Of a stretch of DNA of 32,000 bases, positions 18,959 through 27,250 are shown one piece after another. The translations under genes and the position numbers were made by a program. Positions within the stretch are counted from its first letter, which is position 1. Every line of letters begins with the position of its first letter. The stretch covers positions 360,001-392,000 of the forward strand of contig NZ_LN831024.1 of NCBI RefSeq assembly GCF_001457615.1. The letters are read 5' to 3'. The DNA comes from Pseudomonas aeruginosa. GTDB taxonomy: Bacteria > Pseudomonadota > Gammaproteobacteria > Pseudomonadales > Pseudomonadaceae. Below the pieces are notes generated by a model. The model was not told where the DNA came from and ran no database searches. It was given only the letters and a program-made list of their open reading frames with translations.

Positions 18959-20336
18959 GGCCGGTCTCCAGCCAGGCCAGCGGCGAGGTCTCGCCGTGCG
19001 GCAGTTGCAGGCGTTCCAGGGCGGCGTGCCAGTCACCCAGGCGGTCGCTGTCGAGCGCTTCGCCGGGCGGAGCCTGGAGCAGCCAGATGCGGGTGCTGGC
19101 GGCGCAGCGGGCGAGTTCGCCGAGCAGTGCCAGGGTGCCGCGGTCCGGCGAGCGACGCGGGTCGCAGGCGATGGCCAGGCGCGCCGGCGGGTAGCGGGTC
19201 AGTTGTTCGAGCAGGCGACGGCGCTGCTGGCCGTCGTCGAGGATGCCGGCGTCGGCGACGCCTTCGGCGAGCTTCGGCGGCCAGGGCCGGCGATCGTCCA
19301 GCTCCACCGCCACCAGCACCGCTCCGGCGGCTTCCTGGCCGGACTGGCCGCCCTGCGGCTCCGGCAGCCAGTCCGGTGCCGCGTCGCTGACGCCGAGGCG
19401 TTCGCTGGCCGGCATCAAGCGTTCGCGCAGCAGGCTGTAGCCTGGGTCGTCGAGGTCCAGGTCGAGGTGGGCCAGGCCGCGTTTCCAGCGCCACAGGCAG
19501 AGCAGACCGAGCAGCGCGCGCGGCAGGACCCCATAGACCAGCAGTACGCCTACCAGCCAGCCGGCCCAGGCGTGCCGTGCGGCTTCGCTGGCCAGGGCGG
19601 CGTCGCCGCTGGCGCGGATCAGCTCGGCGTCCGGCAACGGGAAGCCAAGCAACGCCGGCAGGGCGCCGAGCGCCTGGGTAAGGGCGATGAAGGTATCGCT
19701 GCCGAGAATGGTGGTTTCCCAGACGAAACCGTAGCGGCGGGTCGCCAGCAGGCCGAGGAGCATGGCCAGCGCGGTCAGCAGGCCGAGCAGCCAGAGCCCG
19801 TGGACCAGCGCGCCGAGGCCCCAGCGCGCCAGCCGGCGCCGGCCGAGCAGGACCAGTAGCGCCGGCGCCAGGTGCGCGGCGCGGGCATCGCGCGCCAGCT
19901 TGCCGCTGAGCCACAGCCAGAGCCGGCCGAGCGCGCCCGCGGCCTCGCCGCCGGCGAGCAGGCCGAGGGCCCAGCCGAGCAGGGTCAGCAGGTGCAGGCC
20001 GAGTAGGCTGGCCAGCGCCCAGAACACGTTGACCGGGCGCTGGCCATCGCCGAGCGCGGCGAAGGCCAGTCCGGCGCCGCTGGCCAGGGCCAGCACCAGC
20101 AGCAGGGCCAGCGCCAGCCGCGAACCCTGGCGCCAGGTCCGCTGGGCGTCGAGCAGGCCCTCGCGGCGGCCCAGCCAGTGGGCGCGGGTGAGAATACGGC
20201 GCGGCAGGGAACCGCCCTGGGCCAGCGCCTGGCGAACCGCCTCGCTGTCTTCCAGCGGACCGGCCTGCTCCTCGCGCAGGCGAACGGCCTCGGTCAGCCA
20301 GAGGGCGTCGAGGCCGGGATGCGTCGTGTGACTCAA
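18951..20336 (-). CDS. DUF2868-like integral membrane protein, partner of the GTPase
   Basis: 461 aa; LRLREEQAGPLEDSEAVRQALA..., multiple TM segments; stop overlaps the GTPase start by 8 bp (ATGACTGA). Confidence 0.8.
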   Translation of the reverse strand: MSHTTHPGLDALWLTEAVRLREEQAGPLEDSEAVRQALAQGGSLPRRILTRAHWLGRREGLLDAQRTWRQGSRLALALLLVLALASGAGLAFAALGDGQRPVNVFWALASLLGLHLLTLLGWALGLLAGGEAAGALGRLWLWLSGKLARDARAAHLAPALLVLLGRRRLARWGLGALVHGLWLLGLLTALAMLLGLLATRRYGFVWETTILGSDTFIALTQALGALPALLGFPLPDAELIRASGDAALASEAARHAWAGWLVGVLLVYGVLPRALLGLLCLWRWKRGLAHLDLDLDDPGYSLLRERLMPASERLGVSDAAPDWLPEPQGGQSGQEAAGAVLVAVELDDRRPWPPKLAEGVADAGILDDGQQRRRLLEQLTRYPPARLAIACDPRRSPDRGTLALLGELARCAASTRIWLLQAPPGEALDSDRLGDWHAALERLQLPHGETSPLAWLETGHD

Positions 20337-20527
20337 GTCACCTCCTGTGTCGATTTCCCTGCCGAGCGTGAATCGTGCCCGGCCAACGGCGTCTGATCAG
20401 CGCCAAACATAGCAAAAAGCGCCCCGGCGGCTCATGCTGGCTTGCCAGCCGGCTGGCGGCGGGGTGTGGGGTTTTGACTGGCGCCGTGGCGAAAGCGTTC
20501 GGCGCCGGTAGCGAGAGGAACACTGAG

Positions 20528-20890
20528 ATGAAGGTAGTACGCCGATACCCCCTGGCGCTGTTGCTGGGGATGGCGGGCGCGCTGGCCGACGAGTTGCCCG
20601 ATGGCTCCTTGCTGCAACGCTATGGCGTGCAGGCCGACCAGTTGCCGACCCTGGCGGCGGATCCGCCGTCGCGCAAGGAGGAGAAGGAAACGCCGTCGCG
20701 CTTCCGGGTGGAGCCGGAGCAGCCCTTGGTGACCTTTGGCGTCAAGGACCACAAGGGCATGGAACCCACTGGCAACCCGTCGATCGACGCCATGCACGAG
20801 CGCGATCGGCGGATCTGCCGGAACATCAGGCGGCAGGCACTGGAGAAAGGCAAGGCACAGCCCTTCGACGGCTACATCGAGTGTCCATGA
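20528..20890 (+). CDS. Small uncharacterised exported protein
   Basis: 120 aa: MKVVRRYPLALLLGMAGALADELPDGSLLQRYGVQ...RICRNIRRQALEKGKAQPFDGYIECP; signal peptide, preceded by a GAGGAACA SD-like region. Confidence 0.75.
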   Translation: MKVVRRYPLALLLGMAGALADELPDGSLLQRYGVQADQLPTLAADPPSRKEEKETPSRFRVEPEQPLVTFGVKDHKGMEPTGNPSIDAMHERDRRICRNIRRQALEKGKAQPFDGYIECP

Positions 20891-20926
20891 GGCCGGCGCC
20901 CGCGTACGAGCGCCGGTCGGGCTGCG

Positions 20927-22078
20927 TCAGCGCTGCTCGCGCAGGCGCACGGCGACGTCCGGCTGGTCGCTGAACAGGCCGTCGATGCCGGCGTCGAGGT
21001 AGGCCCTGATCTCGCCGGCCAGGTCGCCGCGCGACTGTGGGTTGCCGTCGGCGCTGCGGAACTCCGCCGGAAGGAAGCTGTTTTCCGCGCGGAAGGTGTA
21101 GGGATGCACCTTCAGCCCGGCGGCGTGGGCGTCGCCGACGAAGCGGGTCGGCTGGCCGAGGTTGCCGTTGGCATCGCGGGGAATCACGTAGCTCTTGTCC
21201 GGACCGACCCCGTAGGCGTAGCGCGCCACCTGGCGCAGGCCCTTGGCGGTGGCCATCTCGGCGTAGGTCAGGCTGCCGCCGCTGGCCTGCTGGTCGTAGG
21301 GCTGGCCGCTGCCGTAGAGCTGGACCAGGCGGATGCCGGTGAGGCGCTTGAGTTCCTTCAGGTTGTTCACCTCGAAGGACTGGATGAATACCGGCGCGCG
21401 CGGACCGAGGTAGCCGTTGCGGTGCAGGGTCTTCACCAGCGGGCGTTCCATGGCCAGGCCGAGGCGCTGGAAGTGGGTGCCGTGCTTGATCTCGGGGTAC
21501 AGGCCGATGGTGCGTTGCTGGCTGATCTGCAGGCTTTTCACCAGGTCGATGATCTCCTGCAGGGTGGGGATCTCGAAGGTGCCGTCCAGGCGCGCATTGC
21601 CCGGGCGGATCGTGGGGATGCGCTCGATGGCGCGCAGGGTCTTCAGTTCGGCGAGGGTGAAGTCTTCGCTGAACCAGCCGGTGAGTTCCACTCCGTCGAC
21701 TTTCTGCGTGCGCTTGCGGTCGGCGAATTCCGGGTGCTGGGCGACATCGGTGGTCAGGCCCAGCTCGTTGTCGTGGCGGGCGACCAGCTTGCCGTCGCGG
21801 GTCATCACCAGGTCCGGCTCGACGTAGTCGGCGCCCATCATCACCGCCAGGGCGTAGGCGCCCAGGGTGTGTTCCGGTACGTAACCGCTGGCGCCACGGT
21901 GGGCGATGACCAGCGGCGAGCGTTCGTCGCTGGCCGGGTGGCGAACGGAGGCCTGGCCCTGGGCCCAGTCGATGGCGCGTTGTACGTTGCCGGTGTCGGC
22001 GTGGGCGGCGCTGGCCAGGCCAGCGGCGAGCATCAGGCAGGCGGCGCCGAGGTGGCGGCGCAGGAAGGCTGGTTGCAT
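20927..22078 (-). CDS. glpQ: Periplasmic glycerophosphodiester phosphodiesterase
   Basis: 383 aa; signal peptide MQPAFLRRHLGAACLMLAAGLASAAHA, PLVIAHRGASGYVPEHTLGAYALAVMMGADYVEPDLVMTRDGKLVARHD. Confidence 0.96.
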   Translation of the reverse strand: MQPAFLRRHLGAACLMLAAGLASAAHADTGNVQRAIDWAQGQASVRHPASDERSPLVIAHRGASGYVPEHTLGAYALAVMMGADYVEPDLVMTRDGKLVARHDNELGLTTDVAQHPEFADRKRTQKVDGVELTGWFSEDFTLAELKTLRAIERIPTIRPGNARLDGTFEIPTLQEIIDLVKSLQISQQRTIGLYPEIKHGTHFQRLGLAMERPLVKTLHRNGYLGPRAPVFIQSFEVNNLKELKRLTGIRLVQLYGSGQPYDQQASGGSLTYAEMATAKGLRQVARYAYGVGPDKSYVIPRDANGNLGQPTRFVGDAHAAGLKVHPYTFRAENSFLPAEFRSADGNPQSRGDLAGEIRAYLDAGIDGLFSDQPDVAVRLREQR

Positions 22079-22287
22079 GACGGGTCCTCGTCGGCGGTTC
22101 GGGAGTGTTCCAGTCCAGCAGATTGACGCAGCCAGGTGATACTTCTTTGCCCGTTTCGCGACATTCCCGTGACAATCGCCGCCAGCGTGACGACGTCGGC
22201 GTTTTCCCGGCCAATCCAACGAAAGGGGCGGACGGCCGGGGCAGGGTATAGGGTGACGGCGCTCGCATAACAATAAGAGGATCGGTG

Positions 22288-23382
22288 ATGGCTTCCGCGC
22301 AACCTGCCTCCGCGTTTCCCTGCCTGTCGTTGCAACTGGCCTGCCTGTTGCTGGGCGCCTGGCTGGCCTTCGATGCCCACGGCGGCGGCCAGGCCGTGGC
22401 GCCGCCGGCCCGTGTCGAAGCGCGTGTGCCGACGGCCGCTACCGATGACTGGGGACGCCAGCCGGACAGCCTGATGAGCGCCGTGCCGCCGCGCACGCTG
22501 GAGGCGAGCGTCGGCGCCCGCGGCTCGGGATCGGCGAGTTCGCGACTGTGGATCGCCGATACCGACTTCCGCCTGCACGACGACATCGGTTTCTTCATCC
22601 AGCGCATGCTGATCCGCATGGAGCCGACTCGTCCCGGCGCGCCCTTGTCGCTCGACGATCCGACGGCGATGGTGGCGCGGATCCAGGCCGGCGAGATATT
22701 CGTCAGCGACGCCACCCTGGCGACCCTGCTCAACCAGGACCTCGCTGCGTCCCGCGCGGCCGTGCGCAACCTCAGTATGAACACCCGCAAGGACGGCCAG
22801 GAAGTGCGTGGCGAGTTGTTGCGCAAGGGGCGCTGGCGGCCGCTGCGGATGCTCACCGAGATCGAGCTGAGCGGTCCGCTGGAGGTGACCCTGGTACCCC
22901 GGCGGATCTTCGTCGACGGGGTCGAGGTCACTTCGTCGCTGGCGGCGGCCTCGATCGAGATGTCCGAGGTGCTGAAGCTGAAGACCCGGCACATGGAACT
23001 GGTCGGCAACCGCATCCGCGTCGACCTCGACGGTTTGTTCCCGCCGCCGCGCCTGGACTTCCGCGTCAGTCGCCTGGCCCTGGCCGACGGCGGCATGCAA
23101 CTCGCCCTCGGCGACTCCCTGGCCGACCTGCAATGGCCGGCATTACGGGCGCCGGACAGCTACATGTTCATCGAGGGCGGCGATATCAAGATGGCGCGCA
23201 CCGTGCTGGTCAAGGCCTATGCCCTGTTCACCAGCCTCAGCCCGGGGCAGCCGCTGCTGTTCAATCTCTACGACTACCGGCGGCAACTGCAGAACGGCGT
23301 GATCCGCCTGCGCGAGGACGGCATGGTGCAGATCGCCGTGTCGCCGGTGAAGGCGCCGGCGCCGCTGGAGGCACGGCTGTGA
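22288..23382 (+). CDS. Uncharacterised exported protein A (diverged paralog of the next gene)
   Basis: 364 aa; N-terminal hydrophobic segment (LSLQLACLLLGAWLAF); GRWRPLRMLTEIELSGPLEVTLVPRRIFVDGVEV ... YMFIEGGDIKMARTVLVKAYALF...LFNLYDYRRQLQNGVIRLREDGMVQIAV. Confidence 0.8.
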   Translation: MASAQPASAFPCLSLQLACLLLGAWLAFDAHGGGQAVAPPARVEARVPTAATDDWGRQPDSLMSAVPPRTLEASVGARGSGSASSRLWIADTDFRLHDDIGFFIQRMLIRMEPTRPGAPLSLDDPTAMVARIQAGEIFVSDATLATLLNQDLAASRAAVRNLSMNTRKDGQEVRGELLRKGRWRPLRMLTEIELSGPLEVTLVPRRIFVDGVEVTSSLAAASIEMSEVLKLKTRHMELVGNRIRVDLDGLFPPPRLDFRVSRLALADGGMQLALGDSLADLQWPALRAPDSYMFIEGGDIKMARTVLVKAYALFTSLSPGQPLLFNLYDYRRQLQNGVIRLREDGMVQIAVSPVKAPAPLEARL

Positions 23383-24419
23383 GCCGGCGTCCGTGGGGCG
23401 TACTGCTTGGCTGTTGCCTGTTGGCGGCCAGCGCGGCCCAGGCCGAAAGCGCCATCGACCGGCAGCAGCGCGAACTGGCCCTGCTGCGCGAGGGCTGGTA
23501 CCGGCAGGTCCCGCCGGCGCCGGTGCCGCTGCCCATGCGTACGGCCGGGCCGGCGGATTCCGGCCAGGATGGCGTCGGCATACTGCTGCGCAACGTGGAC
23601 ATGTACCTGCGCGGCAACATCGGTTTCCACGTGCCCGAGGTGAAGGGCTGGCTGGTGCCGAACCGGGCCGGCCAGCCGGTGGACTTCGACCGCCCGCAGG
23701 ACATGCATTTCCAGGTGATGGAGGGTGAGGTGCTGCTCAGCCCGCGGCAGCTGGCCAACCTGTTCAACGAGCACATCCTCGCCTACGACGGGACCATGTT
23801 GAAGGACTTCCGCATGAGCAGTGCGGCGGGACGCCTGGAGGTGGAGGGGCGGGTGCGTCCGCTCGGCGTAGGGCCCTGGCTGCCGCTGCGGCTGGGCGGC
23901 GGCGTGGAGGTGGACGCGGCCAGCGGCGCGCTGGTCTATCGGCCCGACCAGTTGAAGGTGATCGGTCTGCCGCTGTACGGGGCGATGAGCCTGGTCGGTC
24001 TGCCGATGTCGGCGCTGGTCAGCCTCGATCGGCCGGGGGCGAGCCTGGTCGGCAGCGCCATGCGCCTGGACTACCGCAAGGTCTTCCCGCTGCTGGGCAT
24101 CGATGGCCACGTACAGGAGGCCTGGCTCGACGACCAGGGGCTGCACCTGCGTTTCTCCCAGGCGCCCGGCCAGCCGTCGCCGGTGTTCAGCCCGCCGGCC
24201 GCGGCGGGCCCATCCTTCCTCTGGCTACAGTCGGGCGACCTGAAGATCTTCGAAATCCTCATCACCTACGCCCAGGTGCTGCTGAAGACCGAGACCCCGG
24301 ACCAGGTGCTGACCTTCAACCTGCAGGACTACCGCAAGGTGCTGGCGACCGGCACCACCCAGGTCAACGAGGATGGCACCTTCTTCATGCAGGTGCCGCC
24401 GTATGCCAATCCCTTGTAG
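23379..24419 (+). CDS. Uncharacterised exported protein B (diverged paralog of the preceding gene)
   Basis: GTG start 23379 overlaps upstream TGA (GTGA); signal peptide VSRRPWGVLLGCCLLAASAAQAES; 346 aa with ...SFLWLQSGDLKIFEILITYAQVLL...LTFNLQDYRKVLATGTTQVNEDGTFFMQVP. Confidence 0.8.
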   Translation: MSRRPWGVLLGCCLLAASAAQAESAIDRQQRELALLREGWYRQVPPAPVPLPMRTAGPADSGQDGVGILLRNVDMYLRGNIGFHVPEVKGWLVPNRAGQPVDFDRPQDMHFQVMEGEVLLSPRQLANLFNEHILAYDGTMLKDFRMSSAAGRLEVEGRVRPLGVGPWLPLRLGGGVEVDAASGALVYRPDQLKVIGLPLYGAMSLVGLPMSALVSLDRPGASLVGSAMRLDYRKVFPLLGIDGHVQEAWLDDQGLHLRFSQAPGQPSPVFSPPAAAGPSFLWLQSGDLKIFEILITYAQVLLKTETPDQVLTFNLQDYRKVLATGTTQVNEDGTFFMQVPPYANPL

Positions 24420-24450
24420 GCCGGCCCGCACAGTTGGCCTGGAGTCCGCC

Positions 24451-24477
24451 GGCGCGAGTGTTTATCCTCGCGCCTTT
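24451..24477 (+). terminator. Rho-independent-like terminator after the exported-protein pair, upstream of folA
   Basis: GGCGCGAG-tgtttatc-CTCGCGCC perfect 8-bp stem followed by TTTGTC. Confidence 0.5.
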
Positions 24478-24501
24478 GTCCTTCCACGATGAGGTAACCC
24501 C

Positions 24502-25008
24502 ATGGCACGACCGCTGGCGATGATCGCCGCCCTTGGCGAGAACCGCGCGATCGGCATCGACAACCGCCTGCCCTGGCGCCTGCCGGCCGACCTCAAGCAT
24601 TTCAAGGCGATGACCCTCGGCAAGCCGGTGATCATGGGGCGCAAGACCTGGGACTCGCTGGGTCGGCCGCTGCCGGGCCGGCTCAACCTGGTGGTCAGTC
24701 GCCAGGCCGGCCTGGCACTGGAGGGTGCGGAAGTGTTCGCCAGCCTGGACGCCGCGCTGGCGCGCGCCGAGGCGTGGGCGCAGGCGGAGGACGCCGACGA
24801 ACTGATGCTGATCGGCGGCGCCCAGCTCTATGCCGAGGCCTTGCCGCGCGCCGCGCGCCTCTACCTGACCCGGGTGGGCCTGGCGCCGGAAGGCGACGCC
24901 TTTTTCCCCGAGATCGATGGCGCGGCCTGGCGCCTGGCGTCGAGCATCGAACACGCCGCGGCTGACGATGCGCCTGCCTACGCCTTCGAGGTATGGGAGC
25001 GCCGCTGA
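24502..25008 (+). CDS. folA: Dihydrofolate reductase
   Basis: 168 aa; MARPLAMIAALGENRAIGIDNRLPWRLPADLKHFKAMTLGKPVIMGRKTWDSLGRPLPGRLNLVVSR. Confidence 0.98.
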   Translation: MARPLAMIAALGENRAIGIDNRLPWRLPADLKHFKAMTLGKPVIMGRKTWDSLGRPLPGRLNLVVSRQAGLALEGAEVFASLDAALARAEAWAQAEDADELMLIGGAQLYAEALPRAARLYLTRVGLAPEGDAFFPEIDGAAWRLASSIEHAAADDAPAYAFEVWERR

Positions 25009-25023
25009 CGGTTCCAGGCGGGG

Positions 25024-25497
25024 TCAGAGGGTGATCAGCTCCGCCTCGATCTTCTTCCCCGCCACTTCCAGCACGCCGATCCCGATCGGCAAGCTGAAGC
25101 GCCGCGGTCCGGCGCTGCCCGGGTTGAGGTAGAGCACGCCGTCGCGCTCTTCCTTCAGCGGCTTGTGCGAATGTCCGGCGACCACCACGTCGATGCCTTC
25201 GGCGGCCGGGTCGAGGTCGAGTCGCTTGAGGTCGTGCAGCACGTAGAGGGTCAGCCGGCCGATCTTCAACAGCAGGCGCTCGGGGATGTCCGCCGCCCAG
25301 TCCTGGGTGTCGTTGTTACCGCGCACCACCGAGAGCGGCGCCAGGCGTTCCAGCTCGGCGAGGATTTCCGGCTTGCCGATGTCGCCGGCATGGATCAACT
25401 GGTCGCAGCCGCGCAACCGTTCCAGCGCCTCGGGCCGGAGCAGGCCATGGGTGTCGGCGATCAGGCCGATGCGCAACGGGCGGCGGGACTGGGGCAT
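25024..25497 (-). CDS. YfcE/MJ0936-type metallophosphoesterase
   Basis: MPQSRRPLRIGLIADTHGLLRPEALERLRGCDQLIHAGDIG...VVRGNNDTQDW...VVAGHSHKP; complete metallophosphoesterase motifs; ATG at 25497. Confidence 0.93.
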   Translation of the reverse strand: MPQSRRPLRIGLIADTHGLLRPEALERLRGCDQLIHAGDIGKPEILAELERLAPLSVVRGNNDTQDWAADIPERLLLKIGRLTLYVLHDLKRLDLDPAAEGIDVVVAGHSHKPLKEERDGVLYLNPGSAGPRRFSLPIGIGVLEVAGKKIEAELITL

Positions 25498-25635
25498 GGG
25501 CGCGGGTCCGGGTTGCGGGACGGAAGAGGGTGGCCGACGGGCATGGCCATGCCGTCGATCATACCCAACCATTGGCCGGGTACGAAAACCCTTCGGCGAA
25601 AACCGCGACGCCACCCGGAGGTGGCGCCGCGCCTA

Positions 25636-27021
25636 TCAGTGTGCGGCCTTCTGGACCGGGCTTTCCGGCAGGAACCAGTTCAGCAGCAGGGCGCAGATGC
25701 CGCCGGTGGCGACCCCGGACTCCAGCACGTTGCGCAGCGCCGCGGGCATGTGCGCGAGGAACTCCGGCACCTGCGAAACGCCCAGGCCGAGGGCCAGGGA
25801 TACGGCGATGATCAGCAGGGCACGGCGGTCCAGCTGGATGCCGGCGAGGATGTTGATGCCCGAAGCGGCCACCGCGCCGAACATCACCATCGCCGCGCCG
25901 CCCAGTACCGGTTCCGGCACCGCCTGGATGACCCCGGCGACGCTCGGGAACAGGCCGAGCAGGACCAGCATGGCGGCGATCCAGAGGCCGACGTAGCGGC
26001 TGGCCACGCCGGTGAGCTGGATCACCCCGTTGTTCTGGGCGAACACTGAGCTGGGGAAGGTATTGAAGATACCGGCGAGGAACGAGTTGGCGCCGTTGAC
26101 CAGCACGCCGCCCTTGATCCGCTGCATCCACAGCGGGCCTTCCACCGGTTGCTTCGACACCTTGCTGGTGGCGGTGACGTCGCCGATGGCTTCCAGGGAG
26201 GTGACCAGGTAGATCACCAGCATCGGGATGAACAGCGGCCAGGAGAAGTCCAGGCCGAAGTGCAGCGGGGTCGGTACCTGGAACAGCTCGGCCTGGTGCA
26301 TGCCGGTGAAGTCCAGGCGACCGAGGTAGCCGGCCAGCGCGTAGCCGACGGCCAGGGCGATGACGATGGCGCAACTGCGCATCCATACCACCGGGATGCG
26401 GTTGAGCACCACGATGATGCCCAGCACCACGCCGGACAGCAGCAGGTTCTCGCCGTTGGCGAAGGTGCCGTTGGACATCGCCGAGAAGCCGCCGCCCATG
26501 CTGATCAGGCCGACCTTGATCAGGGTCAGGCCGATCATCAGCACGACGATGCCGGTCACCAGCGGGGTGATCAGCCGCTTGACGAACGGCAGTATGCGCG
26601 AGATGCCCATCTCGACGAAGGAGCCGGCGATGACCACGCCGAAGATCGCCGCCATCACGCTTTCCACCGGCGTGCCCTGCTTGACCATCAGCGCCCCGCC
26701 GGCGATCAGCGGGCCGACGAAGTTGAAGCTGGTGCCCTGGACGATCAACAGTCCGGCGCCGAACGGGCCGAAGCGCTTGCACTGGACGAAGGTGGCGATG
26801 CCGGAGATCACCAGCGACATCGACACGATCAGATTGGTGTCGCGCGGCGATACGCCCAGCGCCTGGCAGATCAGCAGGCCGGGGGTAACGATCGGCACGA
26901 TGATCGCCAGCAGGTGCTGGAGGGCGGCGAGCAGGGCGATGGGAGCGCTGGGACGGTCGTCCAGGCCATAGACCAGGTCGTTGCGGGCGCTGGCGTCCGA
27001 CGGGCTTTGCAGGGAACTCAT
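25636..27021 (-). CDS. NCS2-family nucleobase (xanthine/uracil) permease
   Basis: 461 aa; LVYGLDDRPSAPIALLAALQHLLAIIVPIVTPGLLI, VNGANSFLAGIFNTFPSSVFAQNNGVIQLTGVASRYVG, IQLDRRALLIIAVSLALGLG. Confidence 0.93.
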   Translation of the reverse strand: MSSLQSPSDASARNDLVYGLDDRPSAPIALLAALQHLLAIIVPIVTPGLLICQALGVSPRDTNLIVSMSLVISGIATFVQCKRFGPFGAGLLIVQGTSFNFVGPLIAGGALMVKQGTPVESVMAAIFGVVIAGSFVEMGISRILPFVKRLITPLVTGIVVLMIGLTLIKVGLISMGGGFSAMSNGTFANGENLLLSGVVLGIIVVLNRIPVVWMRSCAIVIALAVGYALAGYLGRLDFTGMHQAELFQVPTPLHFGLDFSWPLFIPMLVIYLVTSLEAIGDVTATSKVSKQPVEGPLWMQRIKGGVLVNGANSFLAGIFNTFPSSVFAQNNGVIQLTGVASRYVGLWIAAMLVLLGLFPSVAGVIQAVPEPVLGGAAMVMFGAVAASGINILAGIQLDRRALLIIAVSLALGLGVSQVPEFLAHMPAALRNVLESGVATGGICALLLNWFLPESPVQKAAH

Positions 27022-27097
27022 GGTGGCGGTCCGGGGAAAAAGAGCGCGATTTTACTGGGCGAACACGGTCTCGCCCAGGCCTGGCTGCGCCGCATGT

Positions 27098-27185
27098 CGG
27101 CGGATAACGCCGGTGGCGTATGCGCCCTGCGGTTGGAGCGTGGGTGAGCGGTAGGGCGAATGACCGCTTGCGATTATCCGCCATT
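27098..27185. repeat. REP-like composite (GGCGGATAACGCC... / ...GATTATCCGCC) between the permease and ilvD
   Basis: Two adjacent imperfect inverted-repeat units: gGGCGGATAACGCCggtGGCGTATGCGCC and GTAGGGCGAATGACCGCttGCGATTATCCGCC. Confidence 0.55.
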
Positions 27186-27206
27186 CGGCGCGCGTACGCG
27201 TGAATG

Positions 27207-27236
27207 AAAAAGCCCGGCGCGGGACCGGGCTTTTTT
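27207..27236 (-). terminator. Rho-independent terminator downstream of ilvD (T/A-flanked, potentially bidirectional)
   Basis: AAAAAGCCCGG-cgcggga-CCGGGCTTTTTT located 15 nt past the ilvD stop. Confidence 0.92.
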
Positions 27237-27250
27237 CGTCGCTGGACGAT

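Noticed and set aside
17543-19390. 615-aa plus-strand ORF opposite the GTPase gene
   Set aside because: Shadow ORF; low-complexity Gly/Ala/Gln/Arg-rich, while the minus-strand product has real P-loop GTPase motifs.
21104-22126. 340-aa plus-strand ORF opposite glpQ
   Set aside because: Shadow of glpQ, which is confidently assigned.
22033-23133. 366-aa minus-strand ORF across the start of exported protein A
   Set aside because: Overlaps two well-supported genes and has antisense-type composition.
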